A DNA stretch of 64,000 nucleotides from an uncultured delta proteobacterium. Lineage in GTDB: Bacteria; Desulfobacterota; DSM-4660; Desulfatiglandales; HGW-15. The number at the start of each line of letters is the position of its first letter. Positions within the stretch are counted from its first letter, which is position 1. Location of the stretch: NCBI GenBank assembly GCA_963702565.1, contig CAVPDE010000011.1, forward strand, positions 40,918 through 104,917, read 5' to 3'. Shown here one piece after another: positions 1 to 6,869 of the stretch. The notes under the pieces were generated by a model that was not told the origin of the DNA, made no database searches, and worked only from the letters and a program-made list of their open reading frames with translations. Both the position numbers and the translations under genes were made by a program.

Positions 1-183
1 CTTCCGAATCAAGTGGATCTTGTCCAGATCCCACAGAGCCCACTGGCGCGAGGATCCATGCCCGCTCGCATCGCGTAAAGAAGGGCTGACGTGTCCTCTC
101 TCGATGTACGAGAGCAGTTTTCTCACGGGCATCCTGAGAATCTTTGCCACTTGGGGTGTGGTATATGTGTCTTTAGGGCTCAT
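1..183 (-). CDS. MerR/excisionase-type helix-turn-helix protein, 5' part only (gene continues beyond the left edge)
   Basis: Not in the ORF track because there is no stop inside the window. Reverse-strand ATG at 181-183, with 61 codons open to the edge: MSPKDTYTTPQVAKILRMPVRKLLSYIERGHVSPSLRDASGHGSSRQWALWDLDKIHLIRK. The pattern YTxxQVAKIL..R.L..Y.ERG..P...G.R....DL resembles MerR/HTH_17 N-terminal DNA-binding domains. Confidence 0.4.
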   Translation of the reverse strand, partial: MSPKDTYTTPQVAKILRMPVRKLLSYIERGHVSPSLRDASGHGSSRQWALWDLDKIHLIRK

Positions 184-377
184 CTTTCTATTTCCAGTAA
201 TAGAAACAGAATAATACTAATTGTCAAGAGAAATCGAGCGCCACTATCGAAATTATGAAGGCCGGCGAAACCATCAAAAGGGGACCCTAGCCCCCCAGGC
301 CCCCTCGAACATGAGATCGGAACGCGTGATAGGATCCACCCGCCCAAAACTCGACTAGCACTGTGTCCTGATGAACG

Positions 378-406
378 TTGACATATGCCGTCATTTCCTA
401 TAGTTT
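378..406 (+). promoter_or_regulatory. Sigma-70-like promoter candidate (TTGACA, 17 nt, TAGTTT)
   Basis: Perfect -35 TTGACA at 378-383, a 17-nt spacer, then TAGTTT at 401-406 (an alternative TATAGT at 399-404 gives a 15-nt spacer). It sits about 65 nt upstream of the hairpin+T5 at 473-507. Confidence 0.4.
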
Positions 407-472
407 GCTCACAGTCCTGAGCACATTACTCATCGCTTAGAAGAGGGTAGGATGGACACATTGAGCCTATAG

Positions 473-507
473 CCCCATTTCTCTGGTTCTGGAGAGATGG
501 GGTTTTT
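473..507 (+). terminator. Intrinsic-terminator-like hairpin with T5 tract, overlapping the RBS and first ATG of the downstream gene
   Basis: CCCCATTTCTC (473-483), loop TGGTTCTG, GAGAGATGGGG (492-502; 10 of 11 complementary), then TTTTT at 503-507. Confidence 0.6.
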
Positions 508-1297
508 GATGATATATGAGTTAACTCCTCAGGATGTTCCAATCCTTCCGGATGTGGAGCGCGATACTTTATCTGGCGCACGGTGTTTAAAGGAGCGACT
601 GACTTTGAGCACTATCTTGGACGCTTTAAGAGAAGTGGAAAGAGAAACAGCTCAACGGGCTCAACAGCCTAGCCCCTTGCCCGACAATTCTCTGGCGAGA
701 ATACTGGCCGAGAAGAGAAATAGAGAAGTATTTCGACGGCTGGTGATTGTCATTGCAATCCTTTTTCTTGCAGGAACGGGGGTGACGATCACCCTCGGTC
801 ATAGGCTCTTTTCCTCTAAAGACAATGTTTCACCGCCAAAGATTGCTGCGGTTCCGGGAAAGGGCAAGGAGATCAATCCTCCTACCGTTCCTATCAGACA
901 AAGAGAGGAAGCACCCAAGCCCTCAAACGTGGTGAACAATCCTGACTCTGAACCTCAAAGGTTGACCGAGAGAGAGGAACCAATCCCTTTCCCATCGAGA
1001 GATGAGACAGCTCTTTCTGTGATGGCGAAAGCGGTGCAGAAACCTGCTCCGCAGATCCCCACAAAACCATCCTCTGCAATTGAACCAAGGAGGAGTGAAG
1101 CAATTATCCCCGACTTGGAACTACAGGCCATTGTGTGGTCTGAGGACCCGAAAAGCTGCTCCGCGATGATCAATGGGCGCCTCGTTCCATTAGGAGGGGA
1201 GGTAGGGGGATTCACTGTTGATGAGATCGGGCGGAATTATGTCTCAGTGAAATCAGGGCTCCGGAGCGGAAGGCTAAGAATGATAGGGTCGAGATGA
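497..1297 (+). CDS. Membrane-anchored protein with a GspB-like (type II secretion protein B type) C-terminal domain
   Basis: ORF track. It has one central TM helix (LVIVIAILFLAGTGVTITL) and a Pro/Glu-rich linker. The C-terminus LQAIVWSEDPKSCSAMINGRLVPLGGEVGGFTVDEIGRNYVSV matches the GspB-type pattern. In-frame ATG 509 is the more likely start, because 497 lies inside the terminator stem. Confidence 0.5.
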   Translation: MGFLMIYELTPQDVPILPDVERDTLSGARCLKERLTLSTILDALREVERETAQRAQQPSPLPDNSLARILAEKRNREVFRRLVIVIAILFLAGTGVTITLGHRLFSSKDNVSPPKIAAVPGKGKEINPPTVPIRQREEAPKPSNVVNNPDSEPQRLTEREEPIPFPSRDETALSVMAKAVQKPAPQIPTKPSSAIEPRRSEAIIPDLELQAIVWSEDPKSCSAMINGRLVPLGGEVGGFTVDEIGRNYVSVKSGLRSGRLRMIGSR

Positions 1298-1365
1298 GAA
1301 CCTGCGGAGCACCTGCCTGTTATTTGGATCGGAGTTTTGGGTTGTTTAAAAGATGAGGTGAAACA

Positions 1366-1554
1366 ATGGAAACTGTTCTGGACGTTAAGATTAAGCTATC
1401 CATCCGGACTGACAAGAGAACCGTTGAGAAGGAGCTTGGGAACTTAGATGAGCTTAGATGGTTTATGAACGAATTCTTTTCATCCGTGGCGGAACGAAGA
1501 TCTTCCAAAAAGCTCCTTCGTTATGTGGGACCCGAGAGACGGATGCGACTTTGA
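1366..1554 (+). CDS. Hypothetical small protein (62 aa)
   Basis: ORF track. GAGGTGA lies 5 nt upstream of the ATG. No family recognised. Confidence 0.3.
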   Translation: METVLDVKIKLSIRTDKRTVEKELGNLDELRWFMNEFFSSVAERRSSKKLLRYVGPERRMRL

Positions 1555-1651
1555 ATTATCCTAGATCACATGCCCTCCTGGCTAGGGACCTGGAGGTTAC
1601 CAGTTCGCTTCTGGTGACGGTTTCAGCGTCTGCGCAGCCGAATAGGGTAAG

Positions 1652-2038
1652 GTGATCCGTGTCGTCGACGGAGACACAATAAAGATCAAGGGTGCTTCAG
1701 GCGAGATGACCGTCAGGCTTGTTGGCATTGATGCTCCTGAAGTCTCCCACAAGAAGAGAGAACCCGGACAGCCATTCAATCAGCAAGCAACAAAGCATCT
1801 CGCTGGATTGGTGCTCAACAAGACCGTAGATATCAAAGAGTATGGTCAGGACAGATGTGGCAGAATCCTTCACGTTGTGTCCCTCGCTGGAAAGAACATC
1901 AAGCTTGAAATGCTGGAGGAAGGATTTGCAGAGGTCTACCTTCGGGACTATGAGACAGTCCCTGCGCTCCACCAAGGTCTCAAAAGGTACTTCACTTTTT
2001 ACAACAGTGAGCGCCCGCATCAAAGCCTCGGCGAATAA
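1652..2038 (+). pseudogene. Thermonuclease (SNase-like) fragment fused in frame to the last ~30 codons of an IS3-family transposase
   Basis: Residues 1-96 (VVDGDTIKI...VRLVGIDAPE...GRILHVV...LEEGFAEVY) match the staphylococcal-nuclease fold pattern. From about nt 1940 the frame reads RDYETVPALHQGLKRYFTFYNSERPHQSLGE, the typical C-terminal YN..RPH..LG motif of rve/IS3 OrfB. No signal peptide is present, and a stop lies 2 codons upstream of the GTG start. Confidence 0.6.
1940..2038 (+). mobile_element. IS3-family transposase 3' remnant (C-terminal tail only)
   Basis: FYNSERPHQSLG motif. No catalytic DDE region, no OrfA and no recognisable inverted repeat are left. Confidence 0.55.
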
Positions 2039-2115
2039 TTGTGATGAAAAGCTGGCTAGAATGGTGAAAATGGGCCTTAAGACAGCCTGAACTGGGAAAG
2101 GAGGTTAATGGGGAG

Positions 2116-2238
2116 ATGAAGAAACTCATTCTTGTATTTCTGCTAGCCAGCATCTTCTCAGTGCCTCATTTGTCAAATGGGGCCTCTATTGATTTCACCA
2201 TACCAGGGGCACCGGGAAATCTCAGAGTTGAAGATTGA
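2116..2238 (+). CDS. Possible 40-aa signal-peptide ORF (or the 5' stump of a secreted protein gene)
   Basis: Below the ORF-track size cut-off. AAGGAGG lies upstream of ATG 2116. The peptide is MKKLILVFLLASIFSVPHLSNGASIDFTIPGAPGNLRVED, with TGA at 2236-2238. Confidence 0.25.
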   Translation: MKKLILVFLLASIFSVPHLSNGASIDFTIPGAPGNLRVED

Positions 2239-2294
2239 CAAGGTTTTTGGCTTTATTTCACCCACGTTCCGAAATATCCGATTCGGAGGATCGC

Positions 2295-2513
2295 ATGACC
2301 GCAGCCGTAGAAGTTCATGACAAGCGTTTCGGGGTCATAGCTGTTGAAAAAGGGTTTATCACCAAGGAAGAGCTTTTTGAAGCCCTGAAAATTCAGGTGG
2401 AGGAAGACCTATCGGGAGAGGCTCATAGCCTTATTGGGGTTATCCTCATCAAACTTGGCTATCTTACCCGTGAGGAAGCAGATGCTGTCCTTCTTGCTAT
2501 GAAGAGGAAGTGA
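2295..2513 (+). CDS. Small protein with two G-(I/V)-x-x-x-K-G-(F/Y)-(I/L)-T-x-E-E repeats (reminiscent of GspE/MshE N-terminal domains)
   Basis: ORF track 2235-2513. Internal ATG 2295 is preceded by GGAGGA (2285-2290). Repeats: FGVIAVEKGFITKEELFEAL and IGVILIKLGYLTREEADAVL. Confidence 0.4.
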   Translation: MTAAVEVHDKRFGVIAVEKGFITKEELFEALKIQVEEDLSGEAHSLIGVILIKLGYLTREEADAVLLAMKRK

Positions 2514-2619
2514 GTGAAGTGACTATGTATGATCAATTCAATTTTGGTGACTGGTGAGTACTCCCCAACAGAGTTCCTTCACAGAGTGTTGGGTAGGGCT
2601 TGCTTCAAAAGGAATCGAT

Positions 2620-3654
2620 TTACCGTCTTTCTATCCCTCTTAGAAGCTCCAGATCGTCTAAGGCTTTTCCCGCCCCAACAGCCACAGCAGTCATTGGGTC
2701 TTCTGCGACATTTACGGGAAGGTTTATGACCGACCTCAGGAAAGAACTCATGTTCTTGAGCAAAGCCCCACCGCCAGCCAGCATGATCCCTTTATCCAAA
2801 AGGTCAGCTGCGAGTTCAGGGGGTGTTCGTTCTAGGATTGTCAACACAGCTCCAGAAATAGCATTGAGTTGCTCTTCCATCGCTTCCCTAACCTCGCCAG
2901 AATCTATCGTTAAAGCCTTGGGGACACCACTGGCTAGATCCCTTCCTTTTACTTCAACCCTTTCCAAGCTACCATCGGGCTGTGCGTTACCAATGGACAT
3001 TTTTATAGCTTCTGCTGTGCCTAACCCTATCATTAGGCGGTATTTCCTTTTGATGTATTCCAGGATGGATTCATCCATTTTGTCCCCGGCAACCCGTAGA
3101 GAAATGCTGTCAACAATGCCGCCAAGTGAGAGGACAGCGACTTCGCTAGTGCCACCACCGATATCCACAATCATGCTGCCTCTGGCTTCAGATATTGGGA
3201 GCCCTGCTCCTATCGCAGCAGCCATCGGCTCCTCGATAAAGTGCACTTCTCTAGCTCCTGCCAACCCGGCTGATTCCAGAACCGCTCTCTTCTCCACTTG
3301 AGTGATACCGCTAGGCACCCCAATGATTGTTCTTGGTCTCACAAACCTGCGTCCGGCATGTGCCTTCCTGATAAAATAGCCGAGCATCGCTTCTGCGACT
3401 TCAAAGTCAGCTATCACTCCATCCATCATTGGACGGATCGCAGTGATATTTTCAGGCGTTCTCCCTAGCATCAATTTGGCTTCTTTGCCCACTGCAAGGA
3501 CTTTCTTGCCATTTCCGTTTCCATTTTTCATAGCCACAACAGACGGTTCGTTCAGTACAATCCCTTTCCCCTTCATGTAAACAAGGGTGTTGGCCGTACC
3601 TAAATCAATCGCCAAGTCATGGGAGAAGATCCCTAAGACAGATCGCAAAACCAT
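2620..3654 (-). CDS. mreB: Rod-shape-determining actin homolog MreB
   Basis: 344 aa. Motifs: DLAIDLGTANTLVY, NEPSVVA, IVDIGGGTSEVAV and LAGGGALL. No mreC/mreD follows it. Confidence 0.95.
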   Translation of the reverse strand: MVLRSVLGIFSHDLAIDLGTANTLVYMKGKGIVLNEPSVVAMKNGNGNGKKVLAVGKEAKLMLGRTPENITAIRPMMDGVIADFEVAEAMLGYFIRKAHAGRRFVRPRTIIGVPSGITQVEKRAVLESAGLAGAREVHFIEEPMAAAIGAGLPISEARGSMIVDIGGGTSEVAVLSLGGIVDSISLRVAGDKMDESILEYIKRKYRLMIGLGTAEAIKMSIGNAQPDGSLERVEVKGRDLASGVPKALTIDSGEVREAMEEQLNAISGAVLTILERTPPELAADLLDKGIMLAGGGALLKNMSSFLRSVINLPVNVAEDPMTAVAVGAGKALDDLELLRGIERR

Positions 3655-3723
3655 AGTTCTTCCTTTCTTCCTTGGAGTAGCTGTTGTGCTTCGATAGGGT
3701 GAGTCGTTGGACCATCTATCCTA

Positions 3724-3960
3724 TCATTCAGGAAAAGAAGTCCTCTTCTTGTTCAGCCATGGATTGAATCCAAGAACTTTCACTACTCTTCTTTTTGTGT
3801 CGAGCCGACAGGGTTTCCCAGCTTCTATTCTGCCCAAGGTGAGTAACGATACGCCAGCCCTTCTGGCCAGTTCGGACTTGCTGATCATCAATCTCTCTCT
3901 TGCTGCCTTCAGTGGGTTGCTGGTAGGAATTTTCACCACCCCTTTCAAATCGTGATGCAT
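3724..3960 (-). CDS. XRE-family helix-turn-helix transcriptional regulator
   Basis: LKAARERLMISKSELARRAGVSLLTLGRIEAGK is a Cro/C1-type HTH. I trimmed the track ORF (to 4059) to internal ATG 3958-3960. Confidence 0.75.
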   Translation of the reverse strand: MHHDLKGVVKIPTSNPLKAARERLMISKSELARRAGVSLLTLGRIEAGKPCRLDTKRRVVKVLGFNPWLNKKRTSFPE

Positions 3961-4082
3961 AATTATATTTACTTTCGATACTATTTGCAATAAAATAACC
4001 TCAATTATATTACCTAGGTGAGATAACAAGATGTTGGGTAAAAGAGAGAGATCCAACACAAAATGTAGACAACTTCGCCAAA

Positions 4083-4424
4083 GTGACCGCAGCTCAAGTT
4101 ATGGGACATCCGATGGACTATCTCTTGAACTCCAATAGGAACTCTCCCCGGTCATCACCAAAAGAGAGAAGAAAACATCCGAGGGAAGACTGTTTTATTG
4201 AAGTGAACTATATGGCACGGGACCGTTGGTATAAAGGCTCCATCCGAAATATCAGTGAAGGCGGCGCTTACATCCGAACCTTTCCGAGCAGGAAGTTTTC
4301 TTCGGGAGAGGATATCTTTCTGATTGCTCGAATCAGGGTTTTGCGTGAGCAACTCAGGGGCAGGATCGCTTGGATGGGTGCAAATGGTGTAGGGGTAGAG
4401 TTCCAGCCCACAGAGTGCATCTAA
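4083..4424 (+). CDS. PilZ-domain protein (putative c-di-GMP receptor)
   Basis: RRKHPRED (RxxxR) and NISEGGAYI (D/NxSxxG) occur at PilZ spacing. The start is uncertain: GTG 4083, ATG 4101 or ATG 4113. Confidence 0.8.
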   Translation: MTAAQVMGHPMDYLLNSNRNSPRSSPKERRKHPREDCFIEVNYMARDRWYKGSIRNISEGGAYIRTFPSRKFSSGEDIFLIARIRVLREQLRGRIAWMGANGVGVEFQPTECI

Positions 4425-4629
4425 GCTTTATCTGCACTAACCTGGGAACCCGATCAAATCTTCTTATCAAGTAAGATCAATTTCAAGACAGGGTCAGCAA
4501 TGGCTTCGTCTTTCTTTTCCCTTTTGAATTCCACTTACGTTTGCTAATCGCTTGCCGAGGAACGTCGGGAACACGGGATCCCACTTACAACTTCGATACG
4601 AAATCTAGCTCAGCCCCTCACTTCGCTAT

Positions 4630-4917
4630 TCAAAGAATCCTTCGCCCATAATACCTCAGGCGATATGGCGCAAGGCTCATAAACACGCAAGCCATGAATC
4701 CTATCGGATGCCTGATTGCGGCATGGATATTCGCCTTCACCTCCCTCCATACCCACCACTGGCTTCTATCCCCTAGGTGGTACAGTTCATGACGGATGAC
4801 GAACCTCTTTACACATCCCGGAAGGTCTTCTCTCACATGCACCCGCTGCTGGTCGGGCATGGCAAGCCCGAATCTAGGATACAGGTCCTCTTTGGTCCGA
4901 TAGATCACTTGTTGCAT
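4630..4917 (-). CDS. Hypothetical small protein with an HExxH motif (possible metallopeptidase-like)
   Basis: ORF track. It contains FVIRHELYHLGD. No further family assignment is possible. Confidence 0.4.
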   Translation of the reverse strand: MQQVIYRTKEDLYPRFGLAMPDQQRVHVREDLPGCVKRFVIRHELYHLGDRSQWWVWREVKANIHAAIRHPIGFMACVFMSLAPYRLRYYGRRIL

Positions 4918-5200
4918 AGTGAATTCCGATCATCTGCGGGGTTCGAAACATCACCTTATAACATAGGGCAGGTCTGACTGGATGTCACAGCCTTATTCCG
5001 GGACACCGTATAGAGGAGTGTTTTCACGGCTGACCGTTTGATTGCCGCTCGCGCGTTCTAGGCCTTTGTGGGCTCGGATACCGGCAATTGTGGCACGCTG
5101 GGCGACTGTAGCGTCCCCCATCCGTCGGAGACCTCCAGACCGGAGAATCCCGTTTGGGCACATTGTGCCCAAAATGAAAGAAAAAGGGATAAAACCAAAG

Positions 5201-5237
5201 AAAAAACCCCTTGACTCCACTATGGAAAATCAAGGGG
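5201..5237 (-). terminator. Intrinsic terminator downstream of the tRNA pair
   Basis: On the minus strand: CCCCTTGA, a 15-nt loop, TCAAGGGG, then TTTTTT (plus-strand arms 5207-5214 and 5230-5237, A6 at 5201-5206). Confidence 0.6.
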
Positions 5238-5249
5238 TTAAGTAGTTCT

Positions 5250-5325
5250 TGGCAGTCCCAAGGGGAATCGAACCCCTGTCTTCGCCGTGAGAGGGCGATA
5301 TCCTAGACCGCTAGACGATGGGACC
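5250..5325 (-). tRNA. tRNA-Glu (anticodon CTC), CCA encoded
   Basis: The reverse complement reads GGTCCCATCGTCTAGCGGTCTAGGATATCGCCCTCTCACGGCGAAGACAGGGGTTCGATTCCCCTTGGGACTGCCA. The cloverleaf folds, with anticodon stem TCGCC/GGCGA, loop CTCTCAC and T-loop GGTTCGATTCC. Confidence 0.9.
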
Positions 5326-5329
5326 GTTT

Positions 5330-5403
5330 TGGCTGGGGGAGAAGGATTCGAACCCTCGTAAACGGGGCCAGAACCCGTTGTCCTGCCGCTGAACGATCCC
5401 CCA
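5330..5403 (-). tRNA. tRNA-Gln (anticodon CTG), CCA encoded
   Basis: The reverse complement reads TGGGGGATCGTTCAGCGGCAGGACAACGGGTTCTGGCCCCGTTTACGAGGGTTCGAATCCTTCTCCCCCAGCCA. Acceptor TGGGGGA/TCCCCCA, anticodon stem ACGGG/CCCGT, loop TTCTGGC. Confidence 0.9.
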
Positions 5404-5438
5404 GCGCTGGTCGGTAATTTGGCTAAATCCAGGGGAAA

Positions 5439-5444
5439 TGTCAA
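5439..5444 (-). promoter_or_regulatory. Possible -35 box (TTGACA) of the tRNA-Gln/Glu promoter
   Basis: TTGACA on the minus strand lies about 35 nt upstream of the tRNA-Gln 5' end. The -10 region (AAATTA/CAAATT) is poor. Confidence 0.3.
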
Positions 5445-5548
5445 GGGGAAAAAGAGGAGATCACCGCAGAGAACGCTGAGAACGCGTAGAAATGATTGTG
5501 GATGTGGAGGAAGAAGGAAGGAAGAAACAGCCCGGGAACGGCAACCTG

Positions 5549-6868
5549 CTAAGGGGTGGGCGCAAGGTTGAAAGGCTTGGCGTAGCCTGTCATTTCTACA
5601 TAACCGACCCCAGAAACAGGGTTTTGCCCTGAGCGGCCGGAAACCATCACGCTCCCTTCCCAGTAAGTAACTCTTGTGGACTTTTCCGTGATCAGTTCCT
5701 GATCAGGCAAAGCTGGAACGATGGACAGTTCCAGGTTCAGGGGAGTGACCCGAATCCTCCAGCGGGCAGGATAGGTGGCTCCGCTGCGGGGGCTTTTCCA
5801 CCTCTCCAGGACTTCGACCTGGAAATCGCTGTTCGAAAGCCGGATGGCCTCCCCTGAAGCCTTCACGAAAGTGCCGCTTGAAGATGCGCTATTCGGGCCG
5901 GCCTTTTGCCGAAGGAGATAAATCATCAATTCCGTCCGGTCTTCCAACTGCAGGCTGAACCAGTCCCAACCCTCCAGATCGTCTTCTAAGGGAGCGCTGC
6001 TAAATTCGTGATCCATCCAGGCCGTGCCCCTTACAGGAACAGCCGTTCCACGCAGGGTGATCGATCCCTCGGCTTCGAGCCGTGTGGCGGAGTAATAGCA
6101 GCTCGCGCTCTCCCGTCTTTTGCCTTTGATGCTGTATCCTTCTTGACCATGAGCTGCAAGAGGTTTTGCGGCTTTGCAAAGAAGATCGAGAGAGAATTCT
6201 TTTGCCGAAGCATTTAGCCGGTGATGATCGAATTGAATCAGGGTGGACCAGTTCCCGATGAAGACGCGGGTGTCCTCCTGATCCTGAGTCATACCGGCAA
6301 GACCTGCGCCGCTTCGGGCCACGCGTTCGTCAAGGTGAAACCGTTTCGTCTCCAGGTCCGACAGGGCGGCGTGGGCAAGGAAAATATCCTTTGTTCTCCA
6401 TGCCGATGGGTTCTTGGGCCAGGTTTTCTCTGAACCGGGCTCTGCGATCTGGGTGCGGAAAAAGGTCAACTGAAATCCGTAGCGCTTCCCGGATGGAGTG
6501 CCCACATTGCCCGTGTAGTACCACCACTCTGTTCGAAAGTCAGGGTGAGCCCCGTGATCTCTCGGAAAAACAAAATCGCACGGTCCTGTCACGGACCTGA
6601 AGTCCGAGGCGCCGACGGGCGGCGTGAAATTGAGAAGGAAAAAGATGAAACAAGCGCCCAGAGATGCCGGGCTTCGCGCCGCGGCGCCCAAATCCGAAGC
6701 ACCCGCCTTCGCAGCGCCGCTACGGCGGGGCAGGCGAAATCCGAAATTCGAAACAAATTCAAATGACCAAAACACCAATGATTTAAACAAGCTCAAAACC
6801 AAAACAGAAACTTTGCTTAAGAGAATTCCGGTAATTTCAAAACGGGCCGTAAAGAACACTCCTTTCAT
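5549..6868 (-). CDS. AttH-like / CrtC-N-terminal (lipocalin-like) family protein, partner of the upstream ABC exporter
   Basis: The FPRDHGAHPDFRTEWWYYTGN hallmark is present. A signal-peptide-like SLGACFIFFLLNF follows TTG 6689-6691, which I consider the likely true start. Codons 1-59 of the track ORF translate a low-complexity repeat spacer. Confidence 0.8.
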   Translation of the reverse strand: MKGVFFTARFEITGILLSKVSVLVLSLFKSLVFWSFEFVSNFGFRLPRRSGAAKAGASDLGAAARSPASLGACFIFFLLNFTPPVGASDFRSVTGPCDFVFPRDHGAHPDFRTEWWYYTGNVGTPSGKRYGFQLTFFRTQIAEPGSEKTWPKNPSAWRTKDIFLAHAALSDLETKRFHLDERVARSGAGLAGMTQDQEDTRVFIGNWSTLIQFDHHRLNASAKEFSLDLLCKAAKPLAAHGQEGYSIKGKRRESASCYYSATRLEAEGSITLRGTAVPVRGTAWMDHEFSSAPLEDDLEGWDWFSLQLEDRTELMIYLLRQKAGPNSASSSGTFVKASGEAIRLSNSDFQVEVLERWKSPRSGATYPARWRIRVTPLNLELSIVPALPDQELITEKSTRVTYWEGSVMVSGRSGQNPVSGVGYVEMTGYAKPFNLAPTP

Positions 6869-6869
6869 T

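Noticed and set aside
3961-4015. The direct repeat AATTATATT(T)AC (3961-3972 and 4004-4015) in the XRE/PilZ divergent region as operator half-sites.
   Set aside because: There are only two short AT-rich copies in an AT-rich promoter region, so chance cannot be excluded. It is kept out of the feature list.
5085-5105. A sigma-54-like TGGCAC at 5088-5093.
   Set aside because: The -12 position reads GA rather than GC at the required 10-nt spacing, and no gene follows in the right orientation.
5152-5176. The palindrome TTTGGGCACATTGTGCCCAAAA as a terminator.
   Set aside because: It is a perfect inverted repeat, but it is not followed by a U-tract on either strand. The convincing tRNA terminator is the hairpin+T6 at 5201-5237. 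It may be a protein-binding site, but there is no supporting context.
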